A DNA stretch of 47,109 nt from an uncultured Candidatus Saccharibacteria bacterium. GTDB lineage: Bacteria > Patescibacteriota > Minisyncoccia > UBA6257 > 2-01-FULL-56-20. The notes below the pieces were generated by a model. It was not told the DNA's origin, ran no database searches, and worked only from the letters and a program-made list of their open reading frames with translations. Made by a program: the position numbers and the translations under genes. This document shows, in pieces, positions 8,352 through 16,297 of this stretch. Where the stretch lies: assembly GCA_964530925.1 (NCBI GenBank), contig CAZHBZ010000007.1, positions 6,207 to 53,315 of the forward strand, read 5' to 3'. Each line of letters opens with the position of its first letter. Position 1 is the first letter of the stretch.

Positions 8352-8553
8352 TTTACTTTTTTATTGGTTAATAAAAATCGCCCCGACAAAAAACGATTTC
8401 TCATTTCCTGTCGGGGCGAGTCTTCGGAACTAATTTTGTTCCTTGTCGCGGTTCCACCCGGCTTTGGCCTCTTTTGTTTCGGATTAGCCTCTTGGGTCCC
8501 GCCGACCTGGCGAGATTGCGGCTGGTAGTCCGCAACAATTTCCGTTCCATTCA
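8352..8553 (-). promoter_or_regulatory. T-box riboswitch leader controlling thrS
   Basis: On the minus strand: T-box core GGGUGGAACCGCG (8447-8459). Terminator stem UCGCCCCGACA/UGUCGGGGCGA (8378-8419) plus a U-run. Hairpin UUGCGG-ACUACCAG-CCGCAA (8516-8535) displays Thr codons ACU/ACC. Confidence 0.75.
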
Positions 8554-8581
8554 AGTATAATTCCTGGCCCTAAAAGCGCAA
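8554..8581 (-). promoter_or_regulatory. promoter of the thrS leader
   Basis: Minus strand: TTGCGC (8576-8581), 16 nt, TATACT (8554-8559). Confidence 0.5.
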
Positions 8582-8588
8582 GTTTTTT

Positions 8589-8626
8589 AAAAAGCAAAAG
8601 CCCGGATAGTCCATGAACTATCCGGG
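8589..8626 (-). terminator. terminator of the 8634-9284 gene
   Basis: CCCGGATAGT/ACTATCCGGG hairpin followed on the minus strand by CTTTTGCTTTTT. Confidence 0.7.
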
Positions 8627-8633
8627 CGAGGTT

Positions 8634-9284
8634 TCATTTCCTAGCGGATTTCAAGAGGTCGTCCGCGTAGGCTGAGAGCTTGAAGTGTGTTACCAAGTCA
8701 CCGGCTTCATCCGTGATCGGCGCACGGGTAACCAGGGTAAGCGTCCGCATGCGGTGCAGTATCCGCGCCAGATTTTCGCTCGAATTCTCGGGTGAATCAG
8801 CGTTGAATTTCTCCTTCAGCTTTTCCATGGGGAGCCAGTCATTCGCGTTGCGAAGAATGTCCAGAATCTTTTTCACGGATTCCGAACTTGCGCCGGAAAG
8901 CAACTGCGCGACCCGTTCCTTGGTCGGGGCATCGTGGAACTCCGAAAGGTCCAAGAAAAGGATGTCGAGGCTCACGCTTGTGCGGACGATCGGGGGCAGA
9001 TCCTGTTCCAGGGTCAATCCGGGATTTGTGCGTACGAGCTTGAACAGAAATTCCTGAATCGCATCTACCTTGTCCAGCTGCCTGTCATTTACCCAAAGAA
9101 GAACTTTGCCCCTCAAGAGGTTGGTGATCTTTTCGAGCGATTCGGTCCTTTCCGGGCTTTCGTCGCCATTTTTGATCGCGTCCAGATCCATCTTCAGTGC
9201 ATTGCCGAAAGACTCCGGAGACTCCGTGTTGGCGGATCCGCTGAGTAGGTAATCCCAGCCGAGACCTTCCTTTGCTTCACTCAC
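8634..9284 (-). CDS. hypothetical protein (216 aa); the C-terminus is possibly winged-helix-like
   Basis: Intact ORF with a GTG start behind GGAGAGG, plus its own promoter and terminator. No catalytic motif recognised. Confidence 0.55.
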   Translation of the reverse strand: MSEAKEGLGWDYLLSGSANTESPESFGNALKMDLDAIKNGDESPERTESLEKITNLLRGKVLLWVNDRQLDKVDAIQEFLFKLVRTNPGLTLEQDLPPIVRTSVSLDILFLDLSEFHDAPTKERVAQLLSGASSESVKKILDILRNANDWLPMEKLKEKFNADSPENSSENLARILHRMRTLTLVTRAPITDEAGDLVTHFKLSAYADDLLKSARK

Positions 9285-9317
9285 TCGCCTCTCCTTTTCA
9301 ATTTGAAAACTATCTGG

Positions 9318-9345
9318 ATTCTATACCCGGATCGGATTTAGTCAA
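9318..9345 (-). promoter_or_regulatory. promoter of the 8634-9284 gene
   Basis: Minus strand: TTGACT (9340-9345), 16 nt, TAGAAT (9318-9323). Confidence 0.55.
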
Positions 9346-9378
9346 TTTATTGAAATCTTGCCACTACTGGGATGCAAC

Positions 9379-9407
9379 TTGCCCCGAACCGGCCCGGGAA
9401 ATAGAAT
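9379..9407 (+). promoter_or_regulatory. tdk promoter
   Basis: TTGCCC (9379-9384), 17 nt, TAGAAT (9402-9407). Confidence 0.55.
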
Positions 9408-9442
9408 GAAAGAAGCAACTTTGGCTAATGGAGGAGGCTCAA

Positions 9443-10030
9443 ATGGCCAGACTAACGGTCATCGTCGGGTCGATGTATTCGGGGAAGACCTGGGAAGTTT
9501 TTCGTTGTATTGAGCGAGAAGAATATGCCCAGAAAAGGGTATCGGTCGGAAAACCGATATTCGATGACAGATTTTCGAACTGCGAAATCGTCGCGCGGGC
9601 AAAAAACGAAGAGGGAAAATTCGTTCCGGTGAAGCGGCATCCCGCGAGCCCCATACGCTCCGAAGAGGATCTGCGGGATTTGATAGAGAAGGAGCGGCCG
9701 CAGGTCCTGGTGCTGGATGAAGCGCAATTCTTTGACGAGTGGATCTTCGACTTTGTGAATAAACTTCTTAAGTCCAACTCCGACATCCAGATAATCGTTT
9801 CCGGGTTGAACATGGATGCCTGGGGCGAGCCGTTCAAGTCGATGCCCAAGCTTATGGCTATCGCCTCTGAGGTAAGAATACTGAAAGCAGTTTGCTTTCA
9901 CTGCAAGAGAGAAGACGCCGATATGACCCAGAAGAAGAGCGCTGGGACCGGAAATCGTGAAGAGGTCGGCGATAACGATCTTTACGAGGCCAGATGCCGT
10001 TCTTGTTGGACCCCGCCCCCGGGAAGCTGA
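9443..10030 (+). CDS. tdk: thymidine kinase
   Basis: MARLTVIVGSMYSGKT P-loop, VLVLDEAQFFD, C-terminal Cys pairs CFHC...CRSC. GGAGGAGG SD before the ATG at 9443. Confidence 0.9.
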   Translation: MARLTVIVGSMYSGKTWEVFRCIEREEYAQKRVSVGKPIFDDRFSNCEIVARAKNEEGKFVPVKRHPASPIRSEEDLRDLIEKERPQVLVLDEAQFFDEWIFDFVNKLLKSNSDIQIIVSGLNMDAWGEPFKSMPKLMAIASEVRILKAVCFHCKREDADMTQKKSAGTGNREEVGDNDLYEARCRSCWTPPPGS

Positions 10031-10038
10031 ACACCCGC

Positions 10039-10097
10039 CCCTGACAGTCCATGCCTGCCTGCCGAAGGCATGGGACTGTCAGGGTTTTTCTTTTTTA
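10039..10097 (+). terminator. rho-independent terminator
   Basis: 17-bp stem CCCTGACAGTCCATGCC/GGCATGGGACTGTCAGGG (one bulge) followed by TTTTTCTTTTTT. Confidence 0.75.
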
Positions 10098-10121
10098 AAC
10101 GAAGCTAGTATCATGGAACAC

Positions 10122-11408
10122 ATGATAGACGCCAAACTTTTGCGGGAGAACCCCGAGAAAATTAAAGAAGGAATCGCCAAAAAGAAAGCCGATCCGGCTC
10201 TGGTGGACGAGTTTTTGAGCGCGGACGAGGAATGGAGGAAGGCTACCGCCGAACTGGAAACAGTTCGAGTGGCCCAAAAAAAAGCCAGCGCGGAGAGAAA
10301 TATAGAAGAGGGAAAGCGCTTGAAGGGCGAAGAAAAGATCTTGGAAGAAAAAGTTGGTACGGCCGAAGCGGTCAGAAACTCCTTTTGGATAAAAATACCG
10401 AACCCGCCTTTTGACTGGGTAATTAAAGGAGATGGCGATGCGGATAATAAAGTCCTGCGGGAGGTCGGCGAAAAACCAAAATTTGATTTTAAACCGAAAG
10501 ATTATGTAGAAATCGCGGAAGGCTTGGGTCTTATCGACACCGAGCGCGCCGCGAAAGTTTCCGGTAGCCGCTTCGCGTATTTGAAGGGCGACCTGGTCCG
10601 CTTGGAGTTCGCCTTGGGGCAATTTCTTTTCGAGACAGTTTCAAGCCCAGAAACTCTAGCGAAAATTGCCAAGGACGCCGGACTTGAAGTGAGCGACAAA
10701 ACATTCATCCCTGTCATTCCGCCGGTGCTTATTAAAAAGGAAGCTATGGCCGGCATGGGTTATATGGAGCGGGGAGGAGACGAAATATATCGCCTGGAAA
10801 AAGACGACATGTATCTTGTTGGGACCTCCGAGCAATCCATCGGGCCGATGCACTCCGGCGAAGTTTTGGATGGGAAAGATTTGCCGCTCAGGTATGTGGG
10901 ATTTTCAACTTGCTTTAGGCGCGAGGCGGGAAGCTATGGAAAAGACACGAAAGGAATTTTACGCGTTCATCAGTTCAATAAGTTTGAGATGTTCAGCTTT
11001 ATCGAACCGGAAAAATCCGAAGCCGAGCACAAATTTCTTTTGGCGATAGAGGAATACTTGATGAAGTCGCTAGAGATTCCCTATCATGTTTTGGATATCT
11101 GCGGGGCGGACCTGGGCGATCCGGCCGCGGCCAAGTGGGACATCGAGGCTTGGCTTCCGGGGCAGAAGGCTGGCGAGGGAGAATATCGGGAAACCCATTC
11201 CACTTCGAATACTACGGACTTCCAAGCCAGAAGGTTGAACATAAAATATAAGTCCGCGGACGGAGCGAAGTTCATTCATATGTTAAACGGCACCGCGTTT
11301 TCGGAGCGGCCGCTTATCGCCATTATCGAAAACTTCCAAACCGCGGAGGGAAAAATAAAAATCCCGAAGATTTTACAGAAGTATTTGGGGAAGGAGGAGA
11401 TAGGGTAG
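10122..11408 (+). CDS. serS: seryl-tRNA synthetase
   Basis: MIDAKLLRENPE N-terminus, motif 2 CFRREAGSYGKDTKGILRVHQFNKFE, motif 3 LNGTAFSERPLIAIIEN. An alternative ATG lies at 10113; the 9957 start in the track crosses the tdk terminator. Confidence 0.93.
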   Translation: MIDAKLLRENPEKIKEGIAKKKADPALVDEFLSADEEWRKATAELETVRVAQKKASAERNIEEGKRLKGEEKILEEKVGTAEAVRNSFWIKIPNPPFDWVIKGDGDADNKVLREVGEKPKFDFKPKDYVEIAEGLGLIDTERAAKVSGSRFAYLKGDLVRLEFALGQFLFETVSSPETLAKIAKDAGLEVSDKTFIPVIPPVLIKKEAMAGMGYMERGGDEIYRLEKDDMYLVGTSEQSIGPMHSGEVLDGKDLPLRYVGFSTCFRREAGSYGKDTKGILRVHQFNKFEMFSFIEPEKSEAEHKFLLAIEEYLMKSLEIPYHVLDICGADLGDPAAAKWDIEAWLPGQKAGEGEYRETHSTSNTTDFQARRLNIKYKSADGAKFIHMLNGTAFSERPLIAIIENFQTAEGKIKIPKILQKYLGKEEIG

Positions 11409-11419
11409 GCAAAAAATAA

Positions 11420-11446
11420 ATCCCCGGCTTGGCCGGGGATTTTGTT
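11420..11446. terminator. bidirectional terminator
   Basis: ATCCCCGGC-TTG-GCCGGGGAT flanked by an A-run and a T-run, between convergent genes. Confidence 0.75.
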
Positions 11447-11933
11447 AGTTCACAAAGAAGGTGGAAACGCCGAGCTTCCGGAAGAGTCTTTGCTCCCATC
11501 TCGCTCCGTGAGATTCTTTCCAGTTGGGGAGCATGAATGCAAGGGTGATGAGGCCGGATTCGAACACCGGCCTGTAGAATTCATTCAAAAGCTTCATCGG
11601 CTTGCCGACGTTTTCCGGAAGGGCCTTGATGCGGAAAAGATGTTTTTCGAATGGACGTTGGTCCCAAACGGGGATTCCCAGCTGCCGGAGTTTGGCAATC
11701 ATCCTGCCGAAGTTTCGGATGTTTTCCTGTACCACGTCGTAGGGCAGGGTGCCGCCGTTTGTAAGCGTGCCGGAGACCACGGCGATTTGGTTGTAATTGT
11801 CCGCCGGAAGTCGATCCCATTGTCTCATAAGCGCTCGAATAGCAAAATCCGCCAATTGCTCGTAAGTCGTGGCGTTTTGAGCCTCACTTAGATCTTGCGT
11901 GGTCCAAAATGGGGAAGCCTTTATTGCCTTCAT
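11445..11933 (-). CDS. hypothetical protein (162 aa), possibly DUF4406/nucleoside-deoxyribosyltransferase-like
   Basis: Internal ATG at 11933 behind GGAGAAGAGG. Segment NWKESHGARWE resembles the W..S.GA..E signature. The family call is weak. Confidence 0.5.
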   Translation of the reverse strand: MKAIKASPFWTTQDLSEAQNATTYEQLADFAIRALMRQWDRLPADNYNQIAVVSGTLTNGGTLPYDVVQENIRNFGRMIAKLRQLGIPVWDQRPFEKHLFRIKALPENVGKPMKLLNEFYRPVFESGLITLAFMLPNWKESHGARWEQRLFRKLGVSTFFVN

Positions 11934-12055
11934 CCTCTTCTCCTTTCGAAAAACTACAAACAGAGTACTTCTCCTATTGGGGCGCGTCAATTTTTCAAAA
12001 TTCGGCGAAATGCTACAATTAACTGACAAAAATAATCAATCAATTACAAAATAAA

Positions 12056-12649
12056 ATGTTTAAAGTAGATCAAAAATTCCCGGAGTTTTCGCTCGAAACC
12101 TACGATCCGAAGACCGACGGAGTCAAAAAAATAAGCCACACGAACTTTAAGACCAAGTTTTTGGTTTTGTTTTTCTACCCGGCAGACTTCACTTTCGTAT
12201 GTCCGACTGAGCTTGCCGATCTAAAAAAGAGGCATGAGGAAATAAAAAAACATAATGGGGAAGTCGTAGTTGTTTCGACCGACACGGTTTTCACTCACAA
12301 AGCCTGGATAGAGACCGAGGAGCTTTTGAAGGGTTTGGATTTCCTTATGGCTGCGGATCACAACGGCAGACTTTCGAGAGAACTTGGTATTTACGATGAA
12401 GAGAGCGGGCTGGCGCAAAGAGCCGCGTTCATTATTGCGCCGGATGGCGTTTTGCGCGCCGCGGATATTACCGCGGACAATATCGGCCGAAGCGCGGGAG
12501 AAATACTTCGCAAAGTGAAGGCATTGAACTTCGTAGCTACTCACAAAGGAATGGCCTGTCCCGCGAGCTGGGATGAGGGTTCGGCGACACTCACTCCTTC
12601 CATAAAAATTTCCGGCAAGGTTGCCGGGGCTCTGAAGAAGAGAAAGTAG
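12056..12649 (+). CDS. typical 2-Cys peroxiredoxin (AhpC/Tsa family)
   Basis: FFYPADFTFVCPTE peroxidatic Cys and ACPASW resolving Cys. TGcTACAAT at 12011-12019 upstream. Confidence 0.92.
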   Translation: MFKVDQKFPEFSLETYDPKTDGVKKISHTNFKTKFLVLFFYPADFTFVCPTELADLKKRHEEIKKHNGEVVVVSTDTVFTHKAWIETEELLKGLDFLMAADHNGRLSRELGIYDEESGLAQRAAFIIAPDGVLRAADITADNIGRSAGEILRKVKALNFVATHKGMACPASWDEGSATLTPSIKISGKVAGALKKRK

Positions 12650-12674
12650 AATCTAGAACATAGAATGTAGTATG
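12647..12674. repeat. 4 tandem heptamers TAGAATC/TAGAACA/TAGAATG/TAGTATG; the first TAG is the peroxiredoxin stop codon
   Basis: Read directly. TAG at 12647, 12654, 12661 and 12668 covers all three frames. Confidence 0.9.
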
Positions 12675-12735
12675 GAAATACCGGACACGGAGCGTTCTGG
12701 TGTATAATTGTTATAGGTAAAATACACAAACAAAG

Positions 12736-13755
12736 ATGGCAAAAATCGCGATAAATGGATTCGGACGTATCGGCCGGCTTTTGTTCCGGCAGGTGTTTGA
12801 GTATCCAGGTCTGGAGATAGTTGCCATCAACGATTTAGGCGACATACAAAACCTCGCGTATCTATTGAAATATGACACAGTCTACGGACGCTTTGATAAG
12901 GAGGTTCATGTGGATGGGGATTCGTTGGTTGTGGGCGGCAAAAAAATAAAAGTTTTACAAATGAAAGACCCCGCGAATCTTCCATGGGGAAGTTTGGGCG
13001 TGGATATTGCGGTAGAGGCTACCGGTTTTTTTGAATCTTTCGCGGGCGCCAAGGCGCATTTAACTGCCGGCGCAAAACGGGTAGTCATAACCGCGCCGGC
13101 CAAAGATGCGGAATCGGCTGAGGCCAGAACCGTGCTTATGGGCGTGAACGAAAAGGATATGAAATCCTGTAAAATAACTTCAAATGGAAGTTGCACTACG
13201 AATGCCGCCTCTCCCGTCATTCAGATAATGTCCGAAGATCCGGGAATTCAAAAAGCGCTTCTCTCAACCGTTCACGGGTATACCGCGACTCAGAATTTGG
13301 TGGATGGACCAGTTAAGGCTGGGCGGGATTTTCGGCGAGGCCGAGCGGCGACGCAGAACATAGTTCCTTCGACGACCGGCGCGGCTGTTTCTGTTGTCCG
13401 GGCAATCCCGGAACTTGAAGGAAAATTCGACGGCATTTCTTTTCGCACCCCGAACATTACCGGATCTTTAGCGGACATAACTTTTATCGCCAAGCGCAAT
13501 GTCACCGTGCCGGAGATAAACGATATTTTTAAGCGCGCTGCAAAAGATCCGCGCTGGCAGGGAATATTAAAAGTCACCGAGGACCAATTGGTCTCTTCGG
13601 ATATTATCGGGGAACCTTACGGCGCGATAGTGGATCTGTCATTCACGAAGGTCATAGACGGAAATCTTGTTAAGGTGCTTTCTTGGTACGACAACGAAGC
13701 CGGTTACGTTGCGACCTTGGTCAAGCATATTCTTTCCGCGGCTTCGGCTCTTTAA
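12736..13755 (+). CDS. gap: glyceraldehyde-3-phosphate dehydrogenase
   Basis: INGFGRIGR NAD-binding motif and the SCTTNA active site. Confidence 0.95.
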   Translation: MAKIAINGFGRIGRLLFRQVFEYPGLEIVAINDLGDIQNLAYLLKYDTVYGRFDKEVHVDGDSLVVGGKKIKVLQMKDPANLPWGSLGVDIAVEATGFFESFAGAKAHLTAGAKRVVITAPAKDAESAEARTVLMGVNEKDMKSCKITSNGSCTTNAASPVIQIMSEDPGIQKALLSTVHGYTATQNLVDGPVKAGRDFRRGRAATQNIVPSTTGAAVSVVRAIPELEGKFDGISFRTPNITGSLADITFIAKRNVTVPEINDIFKRAAKDPRWQGILKVTEDQLVSSDIIGEPYGAIVDLSFTKVIDGNLVKVLSWYDNEAGYVATLVKHILSAASAL

Positions 13756-13769
13756 GTTGAAATATAAAG

Positions 13770-13797
13770 AGTCAAAGGGCAGTCCTTTGACTTTTTG
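13770..13797 (+). terminator. rho-independent terminator
   Basis: AGTCAAAGG-GCAGT-CCTTTGACT followed by TTTTG. Confidence 0.8.
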
Positions 13798-13872
13798 ACG
13801 CGTATTATTTATAGTCGCGGTAGTTTAGGCCTTTCTGGGCGGTTGAAAACAAATAAATTGGAGGAGGGAGAA

Positions 13873-14946
13873 GTGGTCAAGAAGATCGGTCTCGCGCTTT
13901 CTATCGTTGGCATGGTTGGTTGTTCTGCATTTAGCGGCACAGCCAGGGCCCAGGTTATTAGTTCGGAGCGCTTCGAAATTCGAGAGTCTTTTAGACAGTC
14001 TTCAGAGGACGATACCCCGGAACCCCCGGAGGAGAGGCAGCCGAGAGTGGCGCCGGGCAAGACTATCAATATGCTCGACTACCTCGTTCCGACCCAGACC
14101 TGGAATGATTCAAAGCCCTTCCATCTCACAGGGTATTCGAAATGTTTCTGGGGTGGGTGCGTGGACGGGGGTGAACTTCCCTATAGCGAAGGCGGATTTA
14201 CCAAGGTCTATCGCGCAGCCGATGATAGAAGCGGGGACGTTCGTTATGTTGCCATGAAGACCCCGACCAAGCCCACCGAATATTCGGTGGTTAAGGATAT
14301 TCTCGAGGGCGACGAATGGATAAAGAAGTCGTTCCTTGAGGCCGAGGATATGGCCTGGGGGCTTGGCGGCTGGGAGCTTCGCGACTATCACGACGAAATC
14401 GGCTTCCCGACTTTTGAGTGGGGCCGAAGCAACGCGGTTTCAGGAAGAACGTATGTTCAGAATATGCCTTGGTGCGATTGGCTCTACTGCGGAGCCAAGC
14501 CGGACCGAAGGGAATTTCTTGGCGGATATTCGGTCTATACGGTTCAGCAGTTCGACTTGACCGGAGATCTTGCGGAGGTCGTGCGTCAGCTCGGCGATCG
14601 GGTCTTCGATGCTGACATGGAGGGCGTGCTCCGGAAGTGGATCGCGCTCGCGGGCGAGCTCGGCATCGCCGAGCCGAAGCTTATGGTCATCTCCGGTTAC
14701 TGGTCTCCGGTCGCGTTCGGCGCCAAGGTTGCCAATCCAACTCTTTGGTATCAGCGGGAGATTTACTCGTATATCAAGGGCCCGGGTTGGGTCGGTTGGT
14801 GGTGGCAGAACCATTTGAACCGCGATCAAAACGCTCCATTCTCGACCATGAAGGGCGGCATAATGCACAAGGTTGTTTGGGAAGACCCCAAGAATCCGAT
14901 TCTGGCGCTTGAGGTTTGCGCGAAACTCCCAAAGTTCGGTAACTGA
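13873..14946 (+). CDS. secreted Trp-rich hypothetical protein (357 aa)
   Basis: GTG at 13873 behind GGAGGAGGGAG. Signal peptide KKIGLALSIVGMVGCSAFSGTARA. No known motif recognised. Confidence 0.6.
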   Translation: MVKKIGLALSIVGMVGCSAFSGTARAQVISSERFEIRESFRQSSEDDTPEPPEERQPRVAPGKTINMLDYLVPTQTWNDSKPFHLTGYSKCFWGGCVDGGELPYSEGGFTKVYRAADDRSGDVRYVAMKTPTKPTEYSVVKDILEGDEWIKKSFLEAEDMAWGLGGWELRDYHDEIGFPTFEWGRSNAVSGRTYVQNMPWCDWLYCGAKPDRREFLGGYSVYTVQQFDLTGDLAEVVRQLGDRVFDADMEGVLRKWIALAGELGIAEPKLMVISGYWSPVAFGAKVANPTLWYQREIYSYIKGPGWVGWWWQNHLNRDQNAPFSTMKGGIMHKVVWEDPKNPILALEVCAKLPKFGN

Positions 14947-14966
14947 TTTTCGGAGAATGATTTTCA

Positions 14967-15017
14967 CCCCGCGAGACGGAACTTTCAAAGTTCATTGTCC
15001 CGCGGGGTTTCTTTTTA
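14967..15017 (+). terminator. rho-independent terminator
   Basis: CCCCGCGaGAC...GTCcCGCGGGG stem followed by TTTCTTTTTA. Confidence 0.7.
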
Positions 15018-15023
15018 TACACC

Positions 15024-15032
15024 TGCTATAAT
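15024..15032 (+). promoter_or_regulatory. extended -10 placed 6 nt before the rpiB ATG (leaderless layout)
   Basis: TGcTATAAT-caatac-ATG. Confidence 0.55.
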
Positions 15033-15038
15033 CAATAC

Positions 15039-15509
15039 ATGGTTATTTATATCGGCGCCGATCACAGGGGATTCGAACTTAAAGAATCTTTAAAAAAATA
15101 TCTAGTTGAAGGGGCTTATGAGGTGGAGGATGTCGCTCCCAACTTTTCCGACGGGGACGATTATCCCGATATTGCCAAAGCAGTGGCCTTAAAAGTTTCG
15201 AGAAACTTAGAGCAAAGCAAGGGCATAGTCATCTGCGGGTCCGGCGCCGGGGTAGATATAGTCGCCAATAAATTCAGGCGAATTCGTTCTGTGTTGGGAA
15301 TTTCTCCGGACCAGGTTTTTGACGCGCGCCATGACGATAACGTAAACGTCTTAAGTCTTGCCGCGGATTTTGCGGATCCTATGGCGGCCAGGAATATGGT
15401 TAAAATATTTTTAGAAACAAAATTTGAAGAGAAAGAAGAACGTTTCAGGCGCAGGCTCGCGAAGCTTTTGGAAATAGAGAGGGAGAATATGGGCCCGGAC
15501 CAGTTCTGA
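15039..15509 (+). CDS. rpiB: ribose-5-phosphate isomerase B
   Basis: IYIGADHRGFELK and ICGSGAGVDIVANKF (RpiB/LacAB family). Confidence 0.9.
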   Translation: MVIYIGADHRGFELKESLKKYLVEGAYEVEDVAPNFSDGDDYPDIAKAVALKVSRNLEQSKGIVICGSGAGVDIVANKFRRIRSVLGISPDQVFDARHDDNVNVLSLAADFADPMAARNMVKIFLETKFEEKEERFRRRLAKLLEIERENMGPDQF

Positions 15510-15610
15510 GAATAGAATCTAGCCTGCCTGTCGGTAGGCAGGAACTTAGAATCCGGAATATATGAGCCGGCCCTCGCGGCTGTGACCGAAAGGTGTCGGG
15601 GGCTTTTAAA

Positions 15611-15641
15611 TATAAAAAATCCGGACCAATCAGGGTCCGGA
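15611..15641 (-). terminator. terminator of the P-loop gene
   Basis: TCCGGACC-AATCAG-GGTCCGGA, then TTTTTTATA on the minus strand. Confidence 0.75.
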
Positions 15642-15647
15642 CGCGCC

Positions 15648-16238
15648 TTACTTCTGCTCCCAGCCGGGGAGATAGCCAACTGCGAACTTATAGACCTGTT
15701 CGCGAAATTCAGCCATGGTGCCGTTGTTCTCGAGTCTGAAATCAGCCTGGGCGCCGATTGCGGGAATATGGATTTCGGTCGGAGCATTCTCCTGCTCCAT
15801 GAACTTTTCCCAGGTCATGCCTGCCTCATCCAGTTTCTCAGAGCTCGCCCGCGCGCGTTCAAAGCGAATACGTTCGTTGGCGGTCACATAGACGAGCGTC
15901 CCGCCGACCTTTCGAAGCTCCGCAAGGTCCGAGGGCCAGCGGACGCCGACGATGACCGCGAGGTCGAGCCCGGCAAGAAGGACTTTCCTTGTCATAGCGC
16001 GAGAAAAGACTCCTGCTCCATAAGCGGCTTCGATTATCGGTGAAAAGAGCTGCATGTTTTTTCTGCTCTTATCGATATCGAGCTCGTCGAGACATTTTGC
16101 TATCATGTCGGAATATCGGAAGATCGCGTAGCGAGTAAGAGCCATCGACGGAAACAGGCCGATGAGATCGAAAAGAATCTTAGCGAATTCATCTTTTCCC
16201 GCCCGTTTCTCTCCGGTGATTCCCAATACGAGTCCCAT
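15648..16238 (-). CDS. P-loop kinase-like protein (dNMP-kinase / dephospho-CoA-kinase-like)
   Basis: N-terminal LGITGEKRAGKD Walker A directly after the start codon. AAAGGAGG SD. The exact substrate cannot be called. Confidence 0.6.
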   Translation of the reverse strand: MGLVLGITGEKRAGKDEFAKILFDLIGLFPSMALTRYAIFRYSDMIAKCLDELDIDKSRKNMQLFSPIIEAAYGAGVFSRAMTRKVLLAGLDLAVIVGVRWPSDLAELRKVGGTLVYVTANERIRFERARASSEKLDEAGMTWEKFMEQENAPTEIHIPAIGAQADFRLENNGTMAEFREQVYKFAVGYLPGWEQK

Positions 16239-16297
16239 GGGGGACCTCCTTTGCGATTTCTATGCGCCAAGGACATAATAGAGCTAATAAATCATAT

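Noticed and set aside
15507-15560. Partial TAGAAT heptamers on both sides of the hairpin after rpiB (TGAGAA TAGAATC TAGCCTG ... TTAGAAT CCGGAAT)
   Set aside because: There are only two units on each side and the gene stops with TGA. This is too weak to count as a third stop-anchored array and is mentioned only as supporting context.
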